Numbered from the stretch's first letter, positions 27,600 to 36,390 are shown. The stretch: 64,000 nucleotides of DNA from an uncultured Clostridia bacterium (GCA_947624965.1 CANQMN010000005.1:36442-100441); one strand, 5' to 3'. A program made the numbers and translations. The notes: a model not told the origin generated them from the sequence alone.

Positions 27600-28592
27600 T
27601 TACAGGGGCAATACGAGCGCGACCGCGTTCACCGCGTAACCGACGGCGGCGCCGAACGCCGCCATGCCGAGCATGATGAGAACGGCGCGCGCGGAGGCGC
27701 GAAGCCTGCGCAGAAGCACGAAATATCCGAGCCCCGCGCCCGCGACGAGCCCGCCGAGACAGCTCCCGAAGGCGATGCCGCCCATCGCGTACGTCTCGGC
27801 AAGAATGACGGAGGAAGCGCAGTTCGGCACGAGCCCGACGAGCGCGCACACGAGCGGCTGGACCCAGTACACGCCGTCCGCTTGGAGAAAGGCGACGACG
27901 TTTTCCTCGCCGAGCCCCCAAAAGAGGAAGCCGAACACGAGATTTACGAGCAGGACGAACGCCGCCACTTCCAGCGCATGGACGAGCGGCGACAGGAGAT
28001 AGAGGCGGAGCGTGCTCTCCTTTTTGTGCTCGCAGACGGAGAGCTCGTCGCACGCGCAGTCGCCGTGTTCGTGATCCTCGTGCTCGTGTTCATGTTCGGG
28101 TTCGGGTTCGGGTTCGGGCTCATGCTCGTGCTCATGTTCTTGCTCATGTTCGTGTTCGTGATGAACGGGCATGGGCGCGAGCGGATGCTTTCGCAGAAGA
28201 AAATCGAACAGATACCCCACCGCGACGCCGAGCGCGAACTTGATACCGATCATCGCCGCAAGGGAGATGCCCTTCTCCGCCCAGCCCATGTTTTCGGAGA
28301 GGAGCAGAACGATGAACGCCTCGTCGCTCGTGGCGACGAACACGGCGAGAAGCGTCCCCAGCGTGATGTGGCGATGTTCGTAGAGCTTCGCCGCCATCAC
28401 GGAAAAGCCGCACAGCGGAACGAGCCCCGTCGCCGCCCCCACGAGCGGCGCTGCCTTGCCCGAGAGCGCGCGGAACGGCTTCCCCACCCTCGTGTTGTGC
28501 TCCATGAGCTCGATGAGGATATAGAGAAGAAGCAGGAACGGAAAGAGCTTTAACGTATCGTAGAGCGCATCCAATATGACATCCCACCACAT
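27600..28592 (-). CDS. 10-TM putative metal permease (ArsP_2-like) with His/Glu/Pro-rich loop
   Basis: 330 aa. The N-terminus is WDVILDALYDTLKLFPFLLLLYILIELMEH and the central loop is HHEHEHEQEHEHEHEPEPEPEPEHEHEHEDHEH. Confidence 0.6.
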   Translation of the reverse strand: MWWDVILDALYDTLKLFPFLLLLYILIELMEHNTRVGKPFRALSGKAAPLVGAATGLVPLCGFSVMAAKLYEHRHITLGTLLAVFVATSDEAFIVLLLSENMGWAEKGISLAAMIGIKFALGVAVGYLFDFLLRKHPLAPMPVHHEHEHEQEHEHEHEPEPEPEPEHEHEHEDHEHGDCACDELSVCEHKKESTLRLYLLSPLVHALEVAAFVLLVNLVFGFLFWGLGEENVVAFLQADGVYWVQPLVCALVGLVPNCASSVILAETYAMGGIAFGSCLGGLVAGAGLGYFVLLRRLRASARAVLIMLGMAAFGAAVGYAVNAVALVLPL

Positions 28593-28624
28593 ATTCCGTT
28601 CCTCCCGAAGATAATTTCCGTATT

Positions 28625-28653
28625 ATCATAGCGATTTTTTTTCGCTTTGTCAA
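28625..28653 (-). promoter_or_regulatory. candidate sigma-A promoter of the permease gene
   Basis: The reverse strand reads TTGACA-17 nt-TATGAT. Confidence 0.4.
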
Positions 28654-28717
28654 CGGATTTGCGGAAAAAGAGCGTTTCCCTTTGCGGGAAACGCTCTTTT
28701 GTAGTCAGCGGAAGGAA

Positions 28718-30148
28718 TTATTCCTGTTTTTCTTCGGGCGTCTCCGCGGGAGTTTCGCTCTCTTCCGCGGCGGGAGCCTCGGGCTCCTCCGCAGGGGTCT
28801 CTGCGGGAGCTTCGGCACCTTCCTGCGCCTTGCGCTTCGCTTCCATCTTCGCGTCGCGCTTCATCTGCTTCTTCATTTCCTTGGTAACGACGCGCGCCGC
28901 ATCGATCTGCGCCTTCATCTCCTGCGGCGTAGGAGGCACGAACGCCGCGCCCTCCGCGTTTTCGGGGATCACGTCGTAGTGCTCGTCGCGCTCCAAAAGG
29001 GTGGCTTCCGTGTAGCCGTCGAACAGGTGGATGTGCTTCGCGTCGAAGGCAAGCTCGACGATCTCGCCGAGATTGACGACCGCACGGGAAGAGATCTTCG
29101 CAATCATCTGCGCCGCGTTGTCGACGACGGAGTTCTTATCGCTCTCGTAATCGAGGTCGCAGTAGATCTGCGTCTCCGCGCCGAGTTTTTCGATAACGTC
29201 GATGCGCGCCTTCACGAGCGTCTCGGGAGAGGTGGAGATGAACGCCTGATCTTCGTGAATGTCCTCGGGACGGACGCCGAGCGTAACTTCCTTGCCCGTG
29301 TTGAGGTATTCGTCGATGTTCTTGATCTTCGCGACCATCGTCTTGGGAAGGACGATCTTGTTGCCGCCGATGAAGTTCACGCTCACCTTGCCGTTCTCTT
29401 CGGTGAGGGTGGAGTTCTTGAAGAAGTTCATCTGGGGCGTTCCGATGAAGCCCGCGACGAACAGGTTGATGGGATAATCGTAGAGGTTCTGGGGCGTATC
29501 GACCTGCTGCATGAAGCCGTCCTTCATGACGACGATACGGGTGCCCATCGTCATCGCTTCGATCTGATCGTGCGTGACGTAGATGAACGTCGTCGCGAGA
29601 CGGACGTGCAGTTTGGAAATTTCGGTACGCATCTGCGCACGGAGCTTCGCATCGAGGTTGGACAGAGGCTCGTCGAGCAGGAACACTTTGGGCTCGCGGA
29701 CGATCGTTCTGCCGAGCGCGACACGCTGGCGCTGACCACCGGAAAGAGCCTTGGGCTTACGGGAAAGGTAATCGGTGATGCCGAGGATCTCCGCGGCGGC
29801 TTTCACTTTCTCATCGATGACTTCCTTGGGCACCTTGCGGAGCTTCAAGCCGAACGCCATATTGTCGTAGACGGACATATGAGGATAGAGCGCGTAGTTC
29901 TGGAAAACCATTGCGATATCTCTGTCCTTGGGAACGACGTCGTTGACGAGCTTGCCGTCGATGTACAGTTCGCCCGAGGAGATCTCTTCGAGGCCCGCGA
30001 TCATGCGGAGCGTCGTAGACTTACCGCAGCCGGAGGGACCGACGAAGACGATGAATTCCTTGTCGCGGATATCGAGGCAGAAGTTGAACACCGCCTGGTT
30101 TCCGCCGGGATAAATTTTGTTGATGCCTTTGAGTAACAGACCGGACAT
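28718..30148 (-). CDS. MalK/MsmK-type sugar ABC transporter ATPase with about 100-aa charged C-terminal extension
   Basis: 476 aa with Walker A GPSGCGKST, signature LSGGQRQR and Walker B FLLDEPLS, plus a TOBE-like domain and a Lys/Glu/Ala/Pro-rich tail. No permease genes are adjacent. Confidence 0.85.
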   Translation of the reverse strand: MSGLLLKGINKIYPGGNQAVFNFCLDIRDKEFIVFVGPSGCGKSTTLRMIAGLEEISSGELYIDGKLVNDVVPKDRDIAMVFQNYALYPHMSVYDNMAFGLKLRKVPKEVIDEKVKAAAEILGITDYLSRKPKALSGGQRQRVALGRTIVREPKVFLLDEPLSNLDAKLRAQMRTEISKLHVRLATTFIYVTHDQIEAMTMGTRIVVMKDGFMQQVDTPQNLYDYPINLFVAGFIGTPQMNFFKNSTLTEENGKVSVNFIGGNKIVLPKTMVAKIKNIDEYLNTGKEVTLGVRPEDIHEDQAFISTSPETLVKARIDVIEKLGAETQIYCDLDYESDKNSVVDNAAQMIAKISSRAVVNLGEIVELAFDAKHIHLFDGYTEATLLERDEHYDVIPENAEGAAFVPPTPQEMKAQIDAARVVTKEMKKQMKRDAKMEAKRKAQEGAEAPAETPAEEPEAPAAEESETPAETPEEKQE

Positions 30149-30186
30149 AATTTTCCTCCCACAGAAAAGTAGATTTTTATGCTATT

Positions 30187-30215
30187 ATTTTACACGATAT
30201 GAAGGAAAATTTCAA
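30187..30215 (-). promoter_or_regulatory. candidate sigma-A promoter of the ABC ATPase gene
   Basis: The reverse strand reads TTGAAA-17 nt-TGtAAAAT. Confidence 0.4.
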
Positions 30216-30310
30216 GAGAAAATGATAACAAAGATTGACGGGCATTTTGTACAGTTTGCACAAAAAAAGAGGAAAAGCGCCTATTCCTTTTGTGCGGAAT
30301 GCGCGATATT

Positions 30311-31848
30311 CCCCCCCGCGCTCCGCGCGGGGGAGAAGAAGGAAAAGCGCGGGGGTACCAACAACTTACCTCCCCCTTGAAAGGGGGAGGGTTGGGTGGG
30401 GGTTGACGGGAAGGACGAAGGGTGGGGAGAAGAAGCCACTCCCCCTCCCCTATCGCCCGCACGTATTGTGCCGCCGAAGGGCGACACGAGGAGCGGAGCG
30501 ACGAAGTACCCCTCCCCCCCACCCTACCCTCCCCCTCACATCGTGAGGGGGAGGTAAAAACGAGGATGAGGGTAACAAGAACAACAAAGCGCAGGGGGAA
30601 AGTGAAACCACTCCCCCCCTCCTCTCCCCCGCGCGAAGCGCGGGGGAGTGCCAACAACTTACCTCCCCCTTTCAAGGGGGAGGGTTGGGTGGGGGTTGAC
30701 AGGAAGGACGAGAGGCGGGGAGAAGAAGCCACTCCCCCTACCCTATCGCCCGCACGTATTGTGCCGCCGAAGGGCGACACGAGGAGCGAAGCGACGAAGT
30801 ACCCGTCCCCCTCCCCAACCCCTCCCCCTCAATGAGGGGGAGGGTAAATAAGTAGTAATACGCGCGGGGGGAAAGAAGGAAAAGCGAGGGGGTACCAACT
30901 TACCTCCCCCTTGAAAGGGGGAGGGTTGGGTGGGGGTTGACGGGAAGGACGAAAGGTGAGGAGAAGAAACCACTCCCCCTACCCTACCCTCCCCCTCGCA
31001 AAGCGAGGGGGAGGGTAAAAGAAAGAAAAAAGGCGGGGAAATAGAGACCCCCCGCGCTCCGCGCGGGGGGTGAAGAAGGAAAAGCGCGGGGGTACCAACT
31101 TACCTCCCCCCCACTTGAAAGGGAAGGATCTGCCAACTCACCTCCCCCTTGAAAGGGGGAGGGTTGGGTGGGGGTTGAGATCTGCCGCGGCGCTCCTTTG
31201 TCTGCTCTCCCTCCCCAACCCCTGGGTGCGGCGGCAGGTACCGCCGCACCCCCCGTCGCGCTTGCCTGCGCTCCCGTCGCGGCGCGCTACTTCGTGCCGC
31301 GCTTAGTAGACAATAGTGCGCGCGGGGCACAGTCCACTGGACTGTTGAGCAGAACGCGCCGCTCCCCCCCCGCGCGAAGCGCGGGGGGGTTGACGGGAAG
31401 GACGAAAGGTGAGGAGAAGAAACCACTCCCCCTCCCCAACCCCTCCCCCTCGCAAGGCGAGGGGGAGGGTAAAAGAAAGAAAAGCGCGGGGGAGGGTAAA
31501 GAAAGAAAAGCGCGGGAAGGAAAAGACCTCCCCCGCGCGAAGCGCGGGGGTACCAACTTACCTCCCCCTTGAAAGGGGGAGGGTTGGGTGGGGGTTGACG
31601 GGAAGGACGAAAGGTGGGGAGAAGAAACCCCTCCCCCTACCCTACCCTCCCCCCTCACATCGTGAGGGGGGAGGTAAAAAAGACGAACGCGGGGGAGGGT
31701 AAAGAGGGATAGCGCGGGAAGAAAAAGAACTCCCCCGCGCGGAGCGCGGGGGAGGTTTGGTTCGTTATGGATACCGAAAGGTCGGTTGCGTATCCAATGT
31801 GGAGGGGGCTCCCCCTCCCCTACCCCTCCCCCTCAATGAGGGGGAGGG
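30311..31848. repeat. mosaic array of GC-rich palindromic units (left flank of giant lipoprotein gene)
   Basis: It contains recurrent hairpin units CCCCCGCGC-nnn-GCGCGGGGG, CCTCCCCC-TTGAAA-GGGGGAGG with a conserved tail, and CCCTCCCCCTC-loop-GAGGGGGAGGG. Details are in the findings. Confidence 0.85.
31257..31369 (+). repeat. 113-bp direct repeat, copy 1
   Basis: CGCGCTTGCCTGCGCTCCCGTCGCGGCGCGCTACTTCGTGCCGCGCTTAGTAGACAATAGTGCGCGCGGGGCACAGTCCACTGGACTGTTGAGCAGAACGCGCCGCTCCCCCC recurs at 36607-36719 with a single mismatch. Confidence 0.9.
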
Positions 31849-31884
31849 TGGGTTAAGCGTTAACGCCTAATCGGTCGAGAAGTG

Positions 31885-34800
31885 TTACTCTTGGGGCGTA
31901 AGCGTATTGCTGTAACAGAACGAGAGGTTATCGAGCCACCAGGTATTGCCAAGTTGCAATCTGAAAGTGAGCGCTTCCGTCGTAAAGTCATGCAAAACGA
32001 TCTTGTGCTCCCAAACAGATTCGTTCTGGCTGTGCAAACTGATGAGCACCGTGAACTTACTGCCGATCCTGTAAACCGTTACCTCGTAATCCCCGATAAC
32101 TTCCTCATCGCCCTCAACTTCCTCAGCAGGCTGCTGGGGTTTGGTTCCTTGGGTCGTCTCGTTGGTTTCGATTTTGTCATTAGTCAGGTCGCCCCAGATG
32201 TTACCATCGACAACATTGTAGTCGAAGTACTGATTGGCTGCATTAAAGAACTCGACAAAGCCGCAGTTGAAATACTTGCCGGCATCGCGTGTATTCGACC
32301 AAGATATTACCGCTACAAAGTCGCCCGCGGCAACTTGAACCTCGCTCGACGCGTCGCCGCCTTGTCCCCCGATAGCATTCGTATCGGCGTTATAGAAGGC
32401 ATAATTTCTCTCTGCCGTTGCGTTATACGTCGTATCGCTTTCCGTGATGGTGAGTTTCCGCGCGCCGCAGATGGAGCAGACGTTCTCCTCCCACTGGTGG
32501 TCGGCTTCCACTGCGGGAACGCTCTGCGCATTGCCGCTCCTCGTGACCGTGCCCGTGAACTGTACGCCCGCTTCGTCGCCGGCGATCCCGAGCCAATACT
32601 TATCCGCAAGTTTTTGATGCTTGTCGTATGCAGTATAGGTCATCACGTTCTGATAGTGCTTATCGCTCGCGGAGAACGTCGTGGTAACGACGATCTTCGT
32701 CGAATCCGAAAAGTCTACTACGATCTGGAAGTCGGACAAGGAGACCCCCACAAAGCTCGCTTGGAAGGTTTCACGCGAAGAAGCCACGTCGTCTATCGTC
32801 GAGTTAGACGTATAGGCGAGCATCGTATCGACGTTTACCGCACTGTTGCCCTTTGCGTTGTCGTTTACAAGAATGTTGTTGGCTTCGTAAACAGAGAATG
32901 CGATATTCACACTGTCCCCGTCATTCGGCGCCAATACGGCGACAACGGAGTCCCAAGCGTGAGTGAACTGCGTAGACCCTGCGTACGTAACCGTCTGCCC
33001 ATACCCGATGGACATGGAGAGCCATTCGGGCTGGAACCAACCCGTGCCGGTATAAGGCGTTTCGGTGTAGTTTACGCTGTTGAGGTCGTAAACCGCTTCG
33101 AGCGTGATACTGCCGCTCAGCGAAGAGAACTGCGAATCCGCCGTATAGGTCGAATTGTCGTTCGTCCCTTTCCAATAGCGGAAGGTACCCTTCGTGGACG
33201 TGGGATCCTCGTATCCTTCGACGAGGTCGGAAAGTTTGCCGTTCGACGTGCTCGTGAGCCCTGTCTGCTTCTTATACTCCGAACCGTCGTTCATGAGCGT
33301 GATGGTGAAGTCCTCCTTGAACACCGCAACAAACTCGATGTCGTCCATCTCGTCCGTCAGCGTAAGTTCGGAGATCGCCGTGGTATCGCCACTGCCGTCC
33401 GCGGAGTAGGTCGTGCCGTCATACTTCCAGCCGACGAGCGCGTGATCCGTCCACGTAGGGCCGTCCTCGGGAAGGGTGATCGCCTCGCCCGACTTCTTCG
33501 TTTGGGTCTGAACGTCCCACGAATCGCCATCGTAGTCTCCGTCCGTCGTGAAGGTTATGGTGTGCGCCTTCTCCCAAACCGCAACGAACTCGATGTTCGC
33601 AGTGATCGGGGTCTCATACTTTTCGCCGTCGTGCGTGTAGAGGCGCTCGCCCGAAACGTCGGTGGAGAGCTTCCAACCCTTGAAGGTCAGCTTGCCGTCC
33701 GTCGCCGTGGGATCTTCGGGCCACTGATCGGTGAGCGTCGTGTTCTTATCTACATAGAAGGACGTAGAGCCGTTGCCCTTCTCATCCGTGAAGGTAACTT
33801 GCGGGCGCTCTTCCCAAACCGCCGTGAAGGTGGTATCGGCAGTGATCGTCCCGGCGTAGGGGCTCGCCTTGGTGTACTTGGTATCGTCCCCGCCGTTCTT
33901 CGTCCAGCCGAGGAACTTGAAGCCCTCGGGCGCCGTGGGATCGTTGGGCCACTGATCGCCGATCGTCGCGTTTTGGTCTACATAGAAGGACGTAGAACCG
34001 ATGTTCTTGTCATCCGTGAAGGTGATATGCCACTGCCGTTCCCACTGCGCGTTGAACGTCGTCGCGTCAATGATCGCTTCGGAATAGGGGTTCGACTTGG
34101 TGTACTTTTCGCCGTCGTTGCCGTCCTTCGTCCAACCGAGGAACTTCCAGCCCGTTACGACGGGATCTTCGGGCCAAGAGCCCGCGGGGATCGTTTCGCC
34201 CTTTACGACGGAGAGCGTCTTGCCGCTTCCGCCCTTGTTATCCGTAAAGGTAACTTCCCACACTTGGTCTGCGCTCGGCTGGGTGTAAACCGCATACGTC
34301 GCGGGTTCGCCGCCGTAGATGCCGATGCTCTCATCGAGGTAGTGCAGGAACCAATATTCGAGATCTTCGTCTCCCGAAGCAAAGCCGACGTAGCCGTAAC
34401 CGCCGAGCCACATGATCGCGCCCGTCTTGGCGCCCATCGACAGGCTGCCCTCTTCGATGATAACGGTCTCGTGCTCCGCCGCCATCCACGTGCCTTCCAC
34501 GTCCGAGGGTGCGAGACCGATCGGGTTCTTCGTTGCATTCGCAGAGCCGATGACGATGTGGTCCGTATCATACGTGAAGGAAAGGAGGCCGCTGTACTCG
34601 GTGGTATACGTGCCGTCTGCATAGTTGACCGCTACGAGACGCGCGGACTGGGTATCGCCCGCCGTCCAGATGAGCGCATTCGCAACGTGCGTGCCCTCTA
34701 CATCCGCGGGAACGGTGATGAGAATGGTGTCGTTCCCGTTCGCATACTGCCCTTCGATCTCCAATTCCCAAACTGCGGCATACTCGTATGTCTCGCCGCC

Positions 34801-36183
34801 TTCGAGTTCCGTGATCGTCTCGCCGGGAGCTTTAATTGTCATCGAGCCGACGCCGTGGCCGCCCCCTTCATTGACGCCCCAACCCTTGAAGGCGTAGCAA
34901 CCGAGCGACGCCGTAAATCCGAGCGCAGAAGGCTGGGGAAGGGTGAGCGAGAAGGTATCCGAAGTTTCCGTAAGGCAAGCGCGCACCTTGTTGTTTGCCT
35001 TGCCGATCGAGCCGCCCTCACCGCTGCCCGCGTTGAACACAACTTCGGGACGGATGGCGACTTTTTCGCCGTAGAGCGTGATATCTGCCGTCGGAACGTA
35101 GGTATAGTCCACAAGGGTGGTCGCATCGTGCGTCGTCTCGTCCGTATACCAATACATTTCCTGCGTCCAAACATCGTTTTCGAGCGCTTCGTCATCGACG
35201 TCGCTGAACGCCCACTCGTCGCCGATGGGCTCGCCCTTCGCGACTTCGATCGTCGCGGTGAGCGGCGCCCCCTCCACAGAGAAGGAGACCGTCCACTTGT
35301 CCTCGGCGAGAATATCGCCGTTCTCGTACATCGTGCAGCTGTCGCCGCCCAGAACGTTGACGCCGCCCGTCGTCTTTTCCACGATGTAGTAGTCGTCGTC
35401 GGCGCACGTAAGGACCGCCCACTTGCCGAGATAAATTACGGTGTAGCCGTCGCCGTCAAGGGTCGCCATGCCGCCCGTCTTGATTTCGAGACGGGACGTC
35501 TCATGATGATAGACGCCGACAAATTCGGGCGTTGCGGGAAGCGCGGCATGCTCGGTGAGTTGGAGCGTATCCATATCGCCGTACTTAAACGTGAGCGTTC
35601 CTTCCGCATAGGAGAGGATCGCATCCTCGGCGGGAAGCGCATTCCCCTGGATGCTTTTCAGCGTATACGCGCCGTCCTCTTCGTCAACTTGGAGAAGTAT
35701 CGTAAAACAGTGCGAGCTCGACGAATCGTCGCGGGCAACCATCACGAGGTCGTAATCGTAGCCTGCCAACGTGCCCGCGGCTTGAATGCCGATCTCCATG
35801 GTCATCGTAACGCCGGGCCCCTCCGAATCCGTGATGGTCCAGAGACCCGGGATGCCGTCGGGAACGTTTTCCTGCCACTGCGCGGTGAACGTTACGTTCT
35901 TCTTGGGCATCGTATATTCCGCCTTGGCGGCGTACGTCTTCGTGCCGTCGCTCCAACCCGTGAACGTATGATTCTCATACGAATAGGTGCTTTCCGCAAG
36001 CTGGAACTTTTCCCCCTCTGCGTGCGTTTCGCTTTCAGGCGTCGTTCCCGTTACCGCCGTGTTGCCCGGCGCGTACGTTACGGTGTACTTGTCCCCCTCC
36101 GTCTCCGTACACGCGGCAATGCCGCACGCCAGAAGCGATACGAGAAGAACGGAGCCGAACACTTTGCACAAAAGTTTCTTCAT
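31885..36183 (-). CDS. 1432-aa surface lipoprotein with InlB B-repeat (Listeria-Bacteroides repeat) domains
   Basis: It has signal peptide plus lipobox MKKLLCKVFGSVLLVSLLACGIAAC. There are at least 6 repeats ending in F.GW...(A/T)(V/Q)W (e.g. FLGWTKDG...FNAQW, FKGWKL...FVAVW). The C-terminus has beta-sandwich-like domains. An AGGAGG RBS is present. Confidence 0.8.
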   Translation of the reverse strand: MKKLLCKVFGSVLLVSLLACGIAACTETEGDKYTVTYAPGNTAVTGTTPESETHAEGEKFQLAESTYSYENHTFTGWSDGTKTYAAKAEYTMPKKNVTFTAQWQENVPDGIPGLWTITDSEGPGVTMTMEIGIQAAGTLAGYDYDLVMVARDDSSSSHCFTILLQVDEEDGAYTLKSIQGNALPAEDAILSYAEGTLTFKYGDMDTLQLTEHAALPATPEFVGVYHHETSRLEIKTGGMATLDGDGYTVIYLGKWAVLTCADDDYYIVEKTTGGVNVLGGDSCTMYENGDILAEDKWTVSFSVEGAPLTATIEVAKGEPIGDEWAFSDVDDEALENDVWTQEMYWYTDETTHDATTLVDYTYVPTADITLYGEKVAIRPEVVFNAGSGEGGSIGKANNKVRACLTETSDTFSLTLPQPSALGFTASLGCYAFKGWGVNEGGGHGVGSMTIKAPGETITELEGGETYEYAAVWELEIEGQYANGNDTILITVPADVEGTHVANALIWTAGDTQSARLVAVNYADGTYTTEYSGLLSFTYDTDHIVIGSANATKNPIGLAPSDVEGTWMAAEHETVIIEEGSLSMGAKTGAIMWLGGYGYVGFASGDEDLEYWFLHYLDESIGIYGGEPATYAVYTQPSADQVWEVTFTDNKGGSGKTLSVVKGETIPAGSWPEDPVVTGWKFLGWTKDGNDGEKYTKSNPYSEAIIDATTFNAQWERQWHITFTDDKNIGSTSFYVDQNATIGDQWPNDPTAPEGFKFLGWTKNGGDDTKYTKASPYAGTITADTTFTAVWEERPQVTFTDEKGNGSTSFYVDKNTTLTDQWPEDPTATDGKLTFKGWKLSTDVSGERLYTHDGEKYETPITANIEFVAVWEKAHTITFTTDGDYDGDSWDVQTQTKKSGEAITLPEDGPTWTDHALVGWKYDGTTYSADGSGDTTAISELTLTDEMDDIEFVAVFKEDFTITLMNDGSEYKKQTGLTSTSNGKLSDLVEGYEDPTSTKGTFRYWKGTNDNSTYTADSQFSSLSGSITLEAVYDLNSVNYTETPYTGTGWFQPEWLSMSIGYGQTVTYAGSTQFTHAWDSVVAVLAPNDGDSVNIAFSVYEANNILVNDNAKGNSAVNVDTMLAYTSNSTIDDVASSRETFQASFVGVSLSDFQIVVDFSDSTKIVVTTTFSASDKHYQNVMTYTAYDKHQKLADKYWLGIAGDEAGVQFTGTVTRSGNAQSVPAVEADHQWEENVCSICGARKLTITESDTTYNATAERNYAFYNADTNAIGGQGGDASSEVQVAAGDFVAVISWSNTRDAGKYFNCGFVEFFNAANQYFDYNVVDGNIWGDLTNDKIETNETTQGTKPQQPAEEVEGDEEVIGDYEVTVYRIGSKFTVLISLHSQNESVWEHKIVLHDFTTEALTFRLQLGNTWWLDNLSFCYSNTLTPQE

Positions 36184-36325
36184 TCTGGTCCTCCTGATAT
36201 TATTTTTGCTCTATGTCCAACGGTTATGCATCTCTCCCGAGAACCCCCATTGCCGGGAGAAAAGCATCGCCACCTGTGCCGATTTCCTCGGTTTTTTTGA
36301 CAATAAAAACCAATTATGTGGGTAT

Positions 36326-36355
36326 AGTATACCATTACCCCCCCCCGAATGTCAA
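36326..36355 (-). promoter_or_regulatory. promoter of the giant lipoprotein gene with a G9 tract in the spacer
   Basis: The reverse strand reads TTGACA ttcGGGGGGGGGtaatgg TATACT. The spacer is 18 nt with a TGg extended -10. The C9 run lies at 36338-36346 on +. Confidence 0.55.
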
Positions 36356-36390
36356 CCGTTTTGTGAAAATTTATTTTTTATTATAAGGTC

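Noticed and set aside
30190-31702. ORFs of 60-196 aa inside the repeat arrays (e.g. 30190-30780 -, 30422-30835 +, 31168-31572 +, 35987-37081 +).
   Set aside because: The translations are low-complexity G/P/R/S strings produced by poly-G/poly-C hairpin arms. There is no RBS context, and the frames change between repeat copies.
30311-31848. CRISPR array interpretation of the repeat blocks (also 36391-37477).
   Set aside because: The repeats belong to several different palindromic families and recur at irregular spacing of 37 to about 420 bp. There is no constant repeat/unique spacer alternation, no leader and no cas genes in the window.
31882-36300. Very long + strand ORF (1472 aa) opposite the giant lipoprotein gene. 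Similar long ORFs occur at 28-1317 (+), 4807-6252 (+), 18323-21415 (+), 40888-44433 (-), 50185-51351 (-) and 51680-54496 (+).
   Set aside because: These are antisense shadow frames of recognisable genes in GC-rich DNA. Their translations are dominated by R, G, A, V, D and H with no motifs. The opposite strand encodes clear homologues or domain repeats with proper RBSs.
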